DNA of 64,000 nt from an uncultured Verrucomicrobiota bacterium (GCA_964470065.1 CAYYAR010000004.1:26329-90328); one strand, 5' to 3'; shown: positions 29,099 to 39,333, counted from the first letter of the stretch. Made by a program: numbers and translations. Notes: generated from the letters alone by a model not told the origin.

Positions 29099-30070
29099 TC
29101 AGGGCGCGGCGGGTCCGAGGTTCTCGATAACCTCGGCATCCGCGGCCCGGGAGTTGGCGCGCACGATGCGAATGCGCACGCGGTCATCGACCTTTGATTC
29201 CGGAACAAACACAATGTAATTGTTGATGCGGGCCACACCGTTGACCGCGGGATTCCGGCGGTCCACTTCGGAGATGACGACTTCGTACTCCTCGCCGGGT
29301 TGCACCGGGATATACGGTTGGGCACCATCCGCGCTGGTAGCCTCTTCGCGCTTTTGCTCCGTCGCCACGGCGGATGCGCCGGTAGTTAATTCACCGCGGG
29401 CAAATCGTCCGACGTCCTCCACGATGCGGAATTCCACCTGCTCGCCCAGGGAGGCGCCGGCCACGAAGACCACCTTGCCGTCGACTTTGGCGATGCCATC
29501 ACCCTCGCGTCCGATGGCTTCGATGGTGGCCTGGTGCACTTGACCAACCATGCCATCGATGCGGGAATCCGCTTCATCCGCTGATTCGACTCCGGCGCGG
29601 CCGGGCACCGGGCGACCGGTTTCGAGCGTCTCAATCAACGAGGACTCGGCTGTGCTGCGCTTCAGTCGCGTGACTTCTATGATGGCCACATCGCCGGGGC
29701 GGGAGTCGGGGACAAACGTCAGCAGGCCGCCAATCCGGGTCACTCCGGCATTCCCCTCCCGGCGGGATTCATCCATCACCAGCACCTTGTAGCGCTGACC
29801 CTCAACCGCGGCAGCGTCCGGATTCTCGATAGCGTCAATAATCTCCTCCGCGGAACTTTCTTCTACCACGGGAGGAGGCGCTGTTTCCTCGACCGCAGGG
29901 GCACGTTCGATGGCGGGGGCGGGGGGCAACGAGGCGGGGGCTGTCACCTCCCGGGTTTTTTCCTCTTGGCCGGTCACCAGATAAATCACGGCGCCGGCGC
30001 CGGTGAGTGTGATCAACAACAGCGCGATAATTACAGTACGTGTTCCGGTGTCCGGCTTGGATGATGTCAT
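29099..30070 (-). CDS. Membrane-anchored protein with three tandem TRAM domains
   Basis: Start MTSSKPDTG, preceded by GAGGGGGAG (Shine-Dalgarno-like). One TM (VIIALLLITLTGAGAVIYLV), a Pro/Ala/Glu-rich linker, then three TRAM-like repeats (GQRYKVLVMD...GVTRIGGLLTFVP..., GQVHQATIEA...GIAKVDGKVVFVAG..., GEEYEVVISEV...GVARINNYIVFVPE...). Confidence 0.65.
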   Translation of the reverse strand: MTSSKPDTGTRTVIIALLLITLTGAGAVIYLVTGQEEKTREVTAPASLPPAPAIERAPAVEETAPPPVVEESSAEEIIDAIENPDAAAVEGQRYKVLVMDESRREGNAGVTRIGGLLTFVPDSRPGDVAIIEVTRLKRSTAESSLIETLETGRPVPGRAGVESADEADSRIDGMVGQVHQATIEAIGREGDGIAKVDGKVVFVAGASLGEQVEFRIVEDVGRFARGELTTGASAVATEQKREEATSADGAQPYIPVQPGEEYEVVISEVDRRNPAVNGVARINNYIVFVPESKVDDRVRIRIVRANSRAADAEVIENLGPAAP

Positions 30071-30234
30071 GGTTTTTCTCCCCCTCGGGCTAAAAGGATT
30101 CATGAAAGATCCGGCGCCGGCAATAAAAATTCGGAGCTGGTTGGGCGCGTGACATGCCCCGGAGCGCGCCATCGTCCCGGCCGCAAATTAAACGCTATTG
30201 TCAGGATCGCGGCACAAACGTATCTTTCCGCGCC

Positions 30235-31701
30235 ATGGCCACCAAAACCAAATCAGCGGCTCCACCGCCGGTAATCAGCTTGATCAGTCTTGGCTGTGCG
30301 AAAAACGAGGTCGATTCCGAACGCATCCTCGGCAAGCTTGCCACGGCAGGATTTCTCATCGCGGAAGATCCCGCCGAGGCCGATGTGTGCCTGGTCAACA
30401 CGTGTGGTTTTATCACGGACTCGCGCGAGGAGTCGGCGGGCGTATTGAACGAGTTGCAGCGGCTGAAGTCGCAGGGCCGCGTCAAATCGGTGGTGGCTCT
30501 GGGTTGTCTGGTCGAGCGGGCGGCCGGTGCTCCCGAAACGAATCACTACCTCGGCGGTGCGGATGCGCTGGTCGGCTTTCAGGATTATCCCAAACTGGAG
30601 GAAATCTGCCGCACGCTGGCGAACAGTGAAGCAAAGACCAAGTCGCCACGCCAGAACGATGGCATTCCAGTCACGATCGGCGACAAGCGCTTCTCCGGCC
30701 TCGCCGCCCAAGCGCAATCATTTGCGGCCAGCTACAATAAATTTCTTGCCGCTCCCCGCCTGCGCGTGGGTTCGCCCCACATCGCCCATCTCAAAATCAG
30801 CGAGGGCTGCTCGAATTTTTGCAAGTTCTGCTCCATTCCCTACATCCGCGGCGTGCAGGTCAGTCGCCCGGTCGAGCATATCGTCACGGAGGCGCGCCAG
30901 CTTATCGACACCGGCGCGAAGGAGATCAGCCTCATCGCCCAGGACACCACCAGCTACGGACGCGACCTGTACGGCGATTACCGTTTGTCGGCGTTGCTGA
31001 AATCCCTTTTCGCCATCGAAGCCGGTGATATCTGGTTTCGTCTGATGTATGCGTTCCCGCGCTTCCTGACCGATGACATGCTGGCCACGTTGGCTTCCGA
31101 TCCGCGGATGTGTCCATACATCGACATGCCGCTCCAGCATATTGCCGACAAGATGCTGAGCGACATGGGACGCGGCATGCTGAAAAAGGAGACCATCGCG
31201 CTGCTCGATCGCATTCATACCGTGTGGCCGCAAGGCGCCATTCGCACCACCTTCATTGTCGGTTATCCCGGCGAGACGGACGCGCATTTTGAAGAGTTGT
31301 TGTCGTTTGTCCGGGAGGGACGTTTCTCCCATGTCGGCGTATTCATGTATTCGCACGAGCCGAAGACGCCCTCGGCGAAATTGCCTGATCAGATTCCGTT
31401 GGTCGAAAAAAAGCGCCGGCGCGATGCAATCATGTCCGCGCAGTTGGCGGTGTCGAGGCGCCGGCTGAAGGCCATGGTGGGCGGACAACGGCGCGTGATG
31501 GTTGATGGCCCGCCCGGGCCGGGCATGGCGATTCCCCGGGGCGTGCATGCCATGGGTCGAAGCCAGCTCGAGGCGAGCGATGTCGACGGCGTGATTTTTC
31601 TCAAGGGCCGGGCCGCCGCCCGGTTGGAACCGGGCACCATGGTCGATACGCGCATCGAACAGAGCCTGGATTACGATCTCGTCGCGCGCATGGTGGAGTA
31701 G
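30235..31701 (+). CDS. rimO: Ribosomal protein S12 methylthiotransferase RimO (radical SAM MTTase)
   Basis: MTTase N-terminal domain ISLISLGCAKNEVDSE...VNTCGFI, radical SAM CxxxCxxC (CSNFCKFC), and a C-terminal TRAM. Long N-terminal Ala/Pro-rich extension plus an internal insertion. Confidence 0.85.
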   Translation: MATKTKSAAPPPVISLISLGCAKNEVDSERILGKLATAGFLIAEDPAEADVCLVNTCGFITDSREESAGVLNELQRLKSQGRVKSVVALGCLVERAAGAPETNHYLGGADALVGFQDYPKLEEICRTLANSEAKTKSPRQNDGIPVTIGDKRFSGLAAQAQSFAASYNKFLAAPRLRVGSPHIAHLKISEGCSNFCKFCSIPYIRGVQVSRPVEHIVTEARQLIDTGAKEISLIAQDTTSYGRDLYGDYRLSALLKSLFAIEAGDIWFRLMYAFPRFLTDDMLATLASDPRMCPYIDMPLQHIADKMLSDMGRGMLKKETIALLDRIHTVWPQGAIRTTFIVGYPGETDAHFEELLSFVREGRFSHVGVFMYSHEPKTPSAKLPDQIPLVEKKRRRDAIMSAQLAVSRRRLKAMVGGQRRVMVDGPPGPGMAIPRGVHAMGRSQLEASDVDGVIFLKGRAAARLEPGTMVDTRIEQSLDYDLVARMVE

Positions 31702-31705
31702 GGAC

Positions 31706-32101
31706 ATGTCCGCGCGTCATCCCGCCGTGCTGAAGTGGGAGCAGGACTTGAAGCGCATCTTCGACGGCATTGATCACGAATTGGAAGAGCGTTATGGCGC
31801 CGATTACGCGTTGCGACCCAATCGTCCCGAACGCGGCGCCACGGCGAATCCGGAAGATGACGGACTCTTTAATGTCGGCGCCTCGTTTTCCGCCGGCTAC
31901 GGATCCAAACGCGGACGCGGCTATATTATCAGCGTACGGATGGCGACCATAAACCGGATACCGCCGCCGGTGCAGGATCACATGGAAGAGGAAGTGGCGG
32001 CCATGCTTCGCGCGCGGCTGCCGGAGGCTTTTCCGGGCCGGGACTTGCGCGTCGAGCGCGACGGCCATGTGTTCAAGATCACCGGTGACTTGCGTTTGTG
32101 A
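31706..32101 (+). CDS. Hypothetical protein
   Basis: 131 aa immediately downstream of rimO in the same orientation; no recognisable domain. Confidence 0.4.
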   Translation: MSARHPAVLKWEQDLKRIFDGIDHELEERYGADYALRPNRPERGATANPEDDGLFNVGASFSAGYGSKRGRGYIISVRMATINRIPPPVQDHMEEEVAAMLRARLPEAFPGRDLRVERDGHVFKITGDLRL

Positions 32102-32141
32102 TCGCGTGGAACAATGGAGGCCACGTTGCTCCGGGCAAACG

Positions 32142-33194
32142 CTATGCCACCGCCACTGGCCGGCCGCCCGGTGCGCCCTCGCGACCGGACAAGCAGCAAT
32201 TCACCGGACACACGTCATGCTTGGGCGGACGATTTCCGATCACGCGCTTCGGCTTGGCGGGATCCATGCGTTCCTCGATCAAATCGGCAATCATGGAAAC
32301 AAACAGCGGGTGCGTGCCGGGTGTGGCGGCGCGATGCATCGTGATGCCAAGCTCGTGGCAAAGATCGATTGCTTCATGGTCGAGGTCATACATGACTTCC
32401 ATGTGGTCGGAAATAAATCCGACCGGATGCACGATGATCTCCCTCACGCCCCGGCCGTGCAGCTCGCGAATGTGATCACAGATATCCGGCCCCAACCACG
32501 GTTGATGCGGCGGTCCGCTCCGGCTCTGATACACCAGTTTCCAGTTTGTGATCCCCGCCATTTCTGCGGCAAGCTCGCAGGTGTTTTCCAGTTGCACCGC
32601 ATAATCGCACTTGTCCGCCATCGTTTGCGGAATGCTGTGCGCCGTGAACGCCGTGTGAATATGTTCGCGGCGGGCGGCCGGAAAGCGATCGCGGGCCTGC
32701 TCCCAATGATCGGCGCAAACCCGGATGAAGTCGGGATGGTTGTAATAGACGCGAATCTTGTCAAACGATGGCCCGCCTTCCCCGAGCGCCTCGCAGGCGC
32801 GCATCATGTCTTCCCGGTATTGACGGCAACCGGAATAACAACTGAATCCCGAGGTCACGAACGCGAGAAACTTCTTCACGCCGGTATCGCGCATCTCGCG
32901 CACGACATCGCCGACAAATGGTTTCCAGTTGCGATTGCCAAGATACACCGGCGTCGTGATGCCGCGCCGGCAAAGCTCCGCGACCAGTGCCTCCCGGAGC
33001 GCGCTGTTTTGCCGGTTGATCGGGCTGACCCCGCCGAACATTTCATAGTGATGCGCCACTTCGCGTTTGCGCTCTTCGGGCACGCCGCGCCCGCGCAAGA
33101 CATTGTCGAGAAAGGGCATCACATCGTTCATGCCTTCCGGGCCGCCGAAAGACATCATTAAAATCGCATCATAGGGGTTGGGATTCATATCCAT
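32142..33194 (-). CDS. hemH: Ferrochelatase
   Basis: N-terminus ILMMSFGGPEG and conserved ferrochelatase blocks; 350 aa. Confidence 0.9.
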   Translation of the reverse strand: MDMNPNPYDAILMMSFGGPEGMNDVMPFLDNVLRGRGVPEERKREVAHHYEMFGGVSPINRQNSALREALVAELCRRGITTPVYLGNRNWKPFVGDVVREMRDTGVKKFLAFVTSGFSCYSGCRQYREDMMRACEALGEGGPSFDKIRVYYNHPDFIRVCADHWEQARDRFPAARREHIHTAFTAHSIPQTMADKCDYAVQLENTCELAAEMAGITNWKLVYQSRSGPPHQPWLGPDICDHIRELHGRGVREIIVHPVGFISDHMEVMYDLDHEAIDLCHELGITMHRAATPGTHPLFVSMIADLIEERMDPAKPKRVIGNRPPKHDVCPVNCCLSGREGAPGGRPVAVA

Positions 33195-33281
33195 ACTATG
33201 GACCAGGGTGGAGCTCTTTTCAACCGTCCGGGGAGATGACGCACGCGGCGCGTGCGAGCCTCCATCAGCATCGGTGCTGTT

Positions 33282-34271
33282 TCACTCCGGTTTCGGTGGA
33301 CGGCCCATCAGCGCTTGCACCGCCTCCCGCGGGTCTTTGCCCTCGTAGAGCACGGCGTGCACTTCGCTGGTAATGGGCAGGTCGATCCCTAACTCGGCGG
33401 CGAGTAACTTCGCCGCCTTGGCCGTCCACACACCCTCCGCCACTTGCACCATACCGCCGAGAATGCTGGCTATGCTTTCGCCCTTGCCGATGCGTTCGCC
33501 CACGCCGCGATTGCGGCTGTGCCGGCTCATTCCTGTCACCATCAAATCGCCGATCCCGCTCAATCCGCTGAACGTCTGGGCCTGCGCACCCATGCGCGCG
33601 CCGAGCCGGGCAATCTCGGCAATGCCGCGGGTCATCAGCGCGGCCTTGGTGTTGTCGCCAAAGCCGAGCCCGTCGCAAATCCCCGCCGCCAATGCGATCA
33701 CATTTTTCAACGCGCCGCCTACCTCGACACCGATGATGTCGTCCGACGTGTAGACGCGAAACGTGCGGTTGTTAAAGGCCTCCTGCCAGAACAGCGCCTC
33801 GGCGGCTTGCTCGCTCGCCACCGTCACCACCGTCGGCACGCCGCGCGCCGATTCTTCGGCATGGCTCGGGCCGGACAACGCGGCCACACCGGGATGGTTC
33901 CACACCCCGGCAGCCAGTGCGCTCAACCGTTGATGGGATTCCGGATCAAACCCCTTGGATACGCTGACGGCGTGAAAGCGGGCGGGGAGATGGGGCAGGA
34001 AGCGGCGCAAGGTGGCTTTGTAAAAGCGTGACGGTATCGCCAGTACAATCGCCTCCGCGCCCGCCATGGCTTCCGCCTCGCTGGCGGTCCACCGCAGGCC
34101 GGAGGGGAGCTTCACCCCGGAAAGAAATTTTTTGTTCTCGCCGGTCCGGGCCACGTCGTCAAGGTAGGCGGCATCCGGGCCCCAAATGGTTACCTGATGG
34201 CCGTTGCCATGAAGGATGATGCCAAGCGCGCTGCCCCAGCCGCCGTCGCCGATGATGGCTATTCGACTCAT
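33282..34271 (-). CDS. gpsA: NAD(P)H-dependent glycerol-3-phosphate dehydrogenase
   Basis: MSRIAIIGDGGWGSALG Rossmann N-terminus and a GpsA C-terminal domain. Confidence 0.9.
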   Translation of the reverse strand: MSRIAIIGDGGWGSALGIILHGNGHQVTIWGPDAAYLDDVARTGENKKFLSGVKLPSGLRWTASEAEAMAGAEAIVLAIPSRFYKATLRRFLPHLPARFHAVSVSKGFDPESHQRLSALAAGVWNHPGVAALSGPSHAEESARGVPTVVTVASEQAAEALFWQEAFNNRTFRVYTSDDIIGVEVGGALKNVIALAAGICDGLGFGDNTKAALMTRGIAEIARLGARMGAQAQTFSGLSGIGDLMVTGMSRHSRNRGVGERIGKGESIASILGGMVQVAEGVWTAKAAKLLAAELGIDLPITSEVHAVLYEGKDPREAVQALMGRPPKPE

Positions 34272-34933
34272 GACACACCCTCTCCCGGCGATCTGTTTTT
34301 GTTCCGGTCAAACCTGCTTTCGCGCCCGCCGAGCAGCCGGAGAATGTTGGAGCGGTGGCGGATGATCACCAGAAAAACCAGGAGGGACAGAACCGAGGGC
34401 AAGAGCAGCGTATCTTGCGCGTAGCGCCACCATCCGACGCCGGCGACGACCAGCGCGGCAATAATCGAGGCGAGCGAGACATAGCGTGTGAGCTTGAAGG
34501 CAATTCCCCAACTTGCCAGTCCGAAGATCGCGGCGAAAGGCGCCATCCCGATCAAGGCGCCGGCGCTGGTGGCTACACCCTTGCCGCCCTTGAAGCGAAG
34601 ATACACCGGAAAGCTGTGCCCGATCACCGCGGCCACGCCGCAAAAAATCCCCAGTGCCACCGGATCCAGGTTGGTCATGGGCAATCGATTTGCGATCGGC
34701 GGCAATACATCCACCGGCAGCCATCCCTTCAGCGCATCCAGCGCGAAGGTGGCCAACCCGGCCTTTTTGCCCAGGATGCGCATGACGTTGGTCGCCCCGA
34801 TGTTGCCGCTGCCAAATTGGCGGATATCGATGCCGTGATACCGGGCGATGAATAATCCAAATGGTATGGCGCCAATCAGGTAGGCGAGCACAATCATAAT
34901 CACGTCCACGAGATGGGGCATGGCAATGTTCAT
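34268..34933 (-). CDS. plsY: Glycerol-3-phosphate acyltransferase PlsY
   Basis: IGAIPFG...QFGSGNIGATN motifs; the start is trimmed to MNIAMPHL. Confidence 0.9.
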   Translation of the reverse strand: MNIAMPHLVDVIMIVLAYLIGAIPFGLFIARYHGIDIRQFGSGNIGATNVMRILGKKAGLATFALDALKGWLPVDVLPPIANRLPMTNLDPVALGIFCGVAAVIGHSFPVYLRFKGGKGVATSAGALIGMAPFAAIFGLASWGIAFKLTRYVSLASIIAALVVAGVGWWRYAQDTLLLPSVLSLLVFLVIIRHRSNILRLLGGRESRFDRNKNRSPGEGVS

Positions 34934-35631
34934 GGTTTTCCTGTTTCCACCCAACGCACGGCTTCGCGCAACATTTGCGCGGCGTCTTCGCAGCCGAGTT
35001 TCTTTTTGATGTTTGCGCGATGCACCTCCACGGTGCGTTCGCTCAAGTTGAATTTCTCGGCGATCTTCCGGGTCGAAAGCCCGTCGCCGACACACTCGAA
35101 AATTTCCCGCTCGCGCTCGGTGAGCGACGCCACGCCGGCGGCGCCGGATTTTTCACCGGAGGAAAGCTGGCGAATCAGGCGGCTCGACATCGCGGGGCTC
35201 ACATACAGTTCACCGGAAAGCACGTGGCGGATGGCGCTCACGATCACCTCGTCGGCATCCTCTTTCATCACATAGCCGCGCGCGCCGGCGCGAAGAGCCC
35301 GGTCCGCATATTCCGCTTCATCGTGCATCGAGAGCACCAGCGCGCGCACGTCCGGAACGCGGGTGCGCATTTCGCGGATGAGCTCAAGGCCGTTGCGGTC
35401 CTTGAGGGTGATGTCGACGACGGCGACGTCCGGTTGTTCCGCGGCGGCCAGCGCGAGGGCTTCGTCGTAGGTCCCCGCCTCACCGCAGACCGACATGTCC
35501 TGTTCCTTGTTTAAGAGCATGGCCAGGCCGTGCCGGACGATGGAATGATCATCGATGACGATGATGCGATGCGGAGTTGTCGGATGGTTGACCACAATCT
35601 GAAGTATGGCGAGCGGCAGGGGGTGGAGCAA
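34930..35631 (-). CDS. Two-component response regulator, NarL/LuxR family (REC + LuxR HTH)
   Basis: REC domain (IVIDDHSIVRHGL...DVAVVDITLKDRNGLEL) and a LuxR-type HTH (LTEREREIFECVGDGLSTRKIAEKFNLSERTVEVHRANI). Confidence 0.9.
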   Translation of the reverse strand: MLHPLPLAILQIVVNHPTTPHRIIVIDDHSIVRHGLAMLLNKEQDMSVCGEAGTYDEALALAAAEQPDVAVVDITLKDRNGLELIREMRTRVPDVRALVLSMHDEAEYADRALRAGARGYVMKEDADEVIVSAIRHVLSGELYVSPAMSSRLIRQLSSGEKSGAAGVASLTEREREIFECVGDGLSTRKIAEKFNLSERTVEVHRANIKKKLGCEDAAQMLREAVRWVETGKP

Positions 35632-35748
35632 TTAGGATTTTACTTTAAACGCAGCGAGTGCACAGAAGCGTGGTGATTTTTTGTGGAATCTCAGACCGCT
35701 CGTTTGTTTTATGCATTCCGCAGCCTGAGTCCATGGCCGGCAAGCGCG

Positions 35749-37407
35749 TCAATACTGGCATTCGACCCGCACTCCGCCGTCCCGGCGCCGCTCGAACTCC
35801 ACGCGCCCCCCGAACATGCTCGCGCGAAATTGCATGATGCGCAGGCCCATGCCTCCGGACTGGGTGGCGTTCGGGTCCAGGCCCTTGCCGTTGTCTTCAA
35901 TCGTCAACTCGCCTTTGTCGCCGCGCCGCGACCATTCGATGATGACCTCGGTGGCCTGACCATGACGTACCGCATTGGTTACCGCCTCCATCGCGATGGC
36001 ATAGAGATGGTGGGCCACTTTATTTGCCGGCGCCGGCGCCTCCTCGTGCGGATGAAATACACAGGTGATTCCGTATACCGAGGAGGTTTCCTCCGCCAGT
36101 CGTCCGAGCGCACCGGCAAGACCCTCCTGGCCCAGTTCCACCGGTGACAGCCCCCGCGCCATGCGTCGCACCTGCGCTACCGACTCCTTTAGGATTTCGT
36201 TGATGCGCATGGACTGTCGACGGACTTCCTCGTCGGCGTGGCCGGGGTGATCGCTCAAGGCCCGGCTCAAAAAAACCGCGCCGGTGAGTTTCTGGCCCAA
36301 CGAGTCGTGCAGGTCCTGGCCGACCTGTTGCTTTTCCCGGTCGCTGATTTCCAAAATGTCCCGCTCCAGGCGCATGCGTTCTTTCATGGATGCTTCGAGT
36401 TCACGCGTGCGCTCCTGCACCGCAGCCTCGATGCGCACCGTTCGTCCGGCCAGCGTCCAGATCACCATCGACAACAGCAGGGTGCTGACGCTGCCGGAAA
36501 GTAAAATCAGGTGTGGCATCATGGTTGGTCGCGCGGCGAGGTATTCCGGCGCGGCGCGCGTTTCGAAGGTCCATTCGCGATCCGCCACCGTGATGGGAGC
36601 GGTGTGGGCCACCTCCTGCGTGGACGGGGCGTCGCCCGGCCAGGTCTCGTCGAAGAACCGGACCAGGATGTCGTTGGGCGCCACATCGGCAAGGGCGCGT
36701 TCGAGGATGATCTGCGGCCATAGAATCGACACCGTGAAGCCGGACAATCTGGCTTCGACTATGCCCGGCGAATCAAACAACGGCGAGAAGACGAAGTAGC
36801 CATCCTGATCTTGCGGGTCTTTGATGCGCAACGAGCGGGCGATTGAAGGTCCGCGCCGGCTTTCCATGGTGAAAATCGCTTCCGCGGCGCCGGGCAACGC
36901 CGCCATGTCTATCCCGTTGGGAAAACTCAACGCGCCTTCCGGTTGCTGGGAAACGAGGGGAAAGTATTCCGGCCGGGCGCCGGCGATGATCATCCGGCCA
37001 TCCGGGCCCGGCTCGGTGATGTCGGCAAAAAAACCGCCGCCCGCCTTCATTTCCTCGCGCAGGGCGTGAGGTAAGCGTTGCACGAAACCATACGCGTTTA
37101 GCAGCCGGCGCTGGAATTGCATGCCCTTCGCGGCGAACTCCTCGAAGTCCTCCATGCTGATGCGGTCCGACAACTCGCGCAGGGCGCCGATCGAATTCAG
37201 CACGTCAAAGAAAAGCGCCAGTTGGCGCGCCACCGACTGCCGCATAGCTTCGGACTCCGCCGTGAACACGCGCATCACTTCCCGCTCGTGGCGCTTTTCA
37301 GCGATGCGGGCGGCGAGGAGGGTTGCGCCAATACCGGCGAGCAGCACGGAAAGCGCGAAAATGCGGGCGAAGCGCGACGTGCTGCGTTGGGATGACGGTG
37401 AGACCAT
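35749..37407 (-). CDS. Sensor histidine kinase (HisKA_3 type, NarX/DegS-like) with a periplasmic sensor domain
   Basis: HDSLGQKLTG H-box and an HATPase_c C-terminus. The start is trimmed to MVSPSS (the ORF begins at 37560). Same operon as the LuxR-family regulator. Confidence 0.8.
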   Translation of the reverse strand: MVSPSSQRSTSRFARIFALSVLLAGIGATLLAARIAEKRHEREVMRVFTAESEAMRQSVARQLALFFDVLNSIGALRELSDRISMEDFEEFAAKGMQFQRRLLNAYGFVQRLPHALREEMKAGGGFFADITEPGPDGRMIIAGARPEYFPLVSQQPEGALSFPNGIDMAALPGAAEAIFTMESRRGPSIARSLRIKDPQDQDGYFVFSPLFDSPGIVEARLSGFTVSILWPQIILERALADVAPNDILVRFFDETWPGDAPSTQEVAHTAPITVADREWTFETRAAPEYLAARPTMMPHLILLSGSVSTLLLSMVIWTLAGRTVRIEAAVQERTRELEASMKERMRLERDILEISDREKQQVGQDLHDSLGQKLTGAVFLSRALSDHPGHADEEVRRQSMRINEILKESVAQVRRMARGLSPVELGQEGLAGALGRLAEETSSVYGITCVFHPHEEAPAPANKVAHHLYAIAMEAVTNAVRHGQATEVIIEWSRRGDKGELTIEDNGKGLDPNATQSGGMGLRIMQFRASMFGGRVEFERRRDGGVRVECQY

Positions 37408-37599
37408 GGATGGCAGTATAGCGGCCAGGCGGGGGCCATGGGATGTTTTTTTAATCACCCCGGCGTCCTTTCCAGGTCCAAACCATCTTGCTTCGTCCGG
37501 TAAACAGCGGCCGGCTCCCGGGCGACCTGCGGTTTCTGCTTGATGCTTTCGACGTCCCAAGGTTTTTGAATGCGCGACCCGCCGAGAAAAAAACAGACA

Positions 37600-38250
37600 T
37601 CCCGCAAATCGCTGACCTGCTGGAGTCGCTTTGAAATCGCCTTGGGCGACATGTCAACCGCTGACATTTGGCTCACCACTCAATTTTTCTACATAGTCAC
37701 GATCCAAGCCAGATCCTTGGCGCGTCCGGTGACACGTTTGTTTTTGGTGTAAGCGGTTTTCTCGATGAAGTGAACGGGAACATCCCCATAGTGCCCGTTT
37801 TCCTTGCCGGCCACCGCCACCTCCCGGGTTATTCCGGTAAGCGAGGTAATAATGTATTAACGAACCGGAGGCACGCCCAACTGAACAACCTGCTCCGGCG
37901 TTTGAAAATCACCCGCGGTCAGGCCCAGCGACCCAAAGCCAAAATCGTTCAGCGCCTGAAGCACGTGCGCGGCGTTTTCCGGGGTTGCGCGCACCAGCAG
38001 GTAGATGTCACCGGTAAAACGGGGCGCGCCGTGAAAGGCGAGGGCGTAGACGCCCATGACCAGATACTCAACCTCGCGAGCGTTATACAACGCGAGCACT
38101 ACTTTGAAGTCGGGCTGTGTTTCAATGAAATTGACGCCTTAAACGTTCAACCGCGTCGAGTCGTTGGGCCGGCGATTGTGCAAGCCAAAACGCGAGACTC
38201 ACGCGCACATCACCCTCGGAGCACAAGGGCACTCGTTTGATCACCGGCTC
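37600..38250 (-). pseudogene. Decayed type II TA module (MntA-like nucleotidyltransferase plus HepT/HEPN-like remnants)
   Basis: Minus-strand frames broken by stops. ...AQRLDAVERLRRQFH* then ...LAFHGAPRFTGDIYLLVRATPENAAHVLQALNDF (minimal-nucleotidyltransferase-like GS/ARG...DIDLLV pattern) then ...KENGHYGDVPVHFIEKT (HEPN R/KxxxxHxY-like). Lower GC than the surrounding DNA. Confidence 0.35.
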
Positions 38251-38513
38251 TATCACGCACGCAGCTTATCCGGCTAAAACAATCAGGAAAGGCGCAAAAC
38301 CCGGAAAGAATGGCCGCCGCGAATCGGCTGATCTCTCCTGACTTCAACAATGGGATTCCCCGACGTACATGTATTCGGGAATCAGCTTGCGGAGAATCCG
38401 GGTGTTGATTTTTTCCTCATCTATCCGCCACCTGCGGCGGAAAAAATTTAAACTGTTCTCCCTCAACATCTTGTGCAACAGATAAAAAATATCAAAAAAT
38501 CCTGAACTACGTA

Positions 38514-38542
38514 TTGACACGTAGAGGCGCTAAGGGTTATCA
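38514..38542 (+). promoter_or_regulatory. Candidate sigma-70-like promoter (TTGACA-N17-TTATCA) upstream of the island's first gene
   Basis: A -35 hexamer TTGACA with 17-bp spacing to TTATCA, ~90 bp upstream of the start at 38632, in an AT-rich region. Confidence 0.3.
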
Positions 38543-38631
38543 ATTACAAGCATGCGAGCACGTAAAGTCTTTGCATAATTTCATGGACGAAACGAAACGA
38601 ACAGTATTAAATGCGTAACGTTGGAGAAAAA

Positions 38632-39315
38632 ATGAAAAAAATAACCGCTACACTATTGGGCACGCTGATTGCAAGTTCAGCCGCGCTCGCTCAGACCAAC
38701 CAGGTTTTGAGCCGAAATGCCGTGGGGTATGTGAAAATCAATGTGCCAGCCAGCAACAGCTTGGCTCTTGTCAGCAATCCGTTTGTAGCGTTGGACGAAG
38801 GAAGTGCTCGTATAACAAACGTATTTGCAAGTTTGGTGAACAACAGCACAGTTTCTGTATGGAACGAAGCCAGTCAAAGTTACCTTAATTACGCGAAAAA
38901 CAGTCGCGGTGGTTGGGTTGGTACAGGCGTTACAACTGTGCAGTTTGCCAGAGCTGACGCAGCATTCATCAGGTCTGCAGGAACTTCAACAGTGTTCTTC
39001 ATGGGCGAAGTCCCTGATTCAACTACTGCACCCACGACCACTCAATCGAGAGCTGCCGGGATCACAATGCTTGGAAATCCCTATCCGGTTGAGGTAGCAG
39101 TCACAAATTCATCAATCGGGTTGAGTCTGCCCGCCGGTGGTACAATTAGTATTTGGAATAGCGTTAGTAATAAATACGACAACTTTGCCAAAAACTCCCG
39201 CGGTGCTTGGGTCGGTACGATCACGGCGACAATAAAACCTGGAGACGGACTTGTTATTCGTGCAACCAATGCTACTGCGAACTTTTCAACGACAAAACCC
39301 TACAATTGGCCATAG
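38632..39315 (+). CDS. Secreted protein with two tandem ~95-aa repeats (unknown family)
   Basis: GGAG Shine-Dalgarno 6 nt upstream; signal peptide MKKITATLLGTLIASSAALA. Internal duplication (SNPFVALDEG...SVWNEASQSYLNYAKNSRGGWVGTGVTT versus GNPYPVEVAV...SIWNSVSNKYDNFAKNSRGAWVGTITAT). Lower GC. Confidence 0.65.
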   Translation: MKKITATLLGTLIASSAALAQTNQVLSRNAVGYVKINVPASNSLALVSNPFVALDEGSARITNVFASLVNNSTVSVWNEASQSYLNYAKNSRGGWVGTGVTTVQFARADAAFIRSAGTSTVFFMGEVPDSTTAPTTTQSRAAGITMLGNPYPVEVAVTNSSIGLSLPAGGTISIWNSVSNKYDNFAKNSRGAWVGTITATIKPGDGLVIRATNATANFSTTKPYNWP

Positions 39316-39333
39316 AATCATGGAGGAAAAAAT

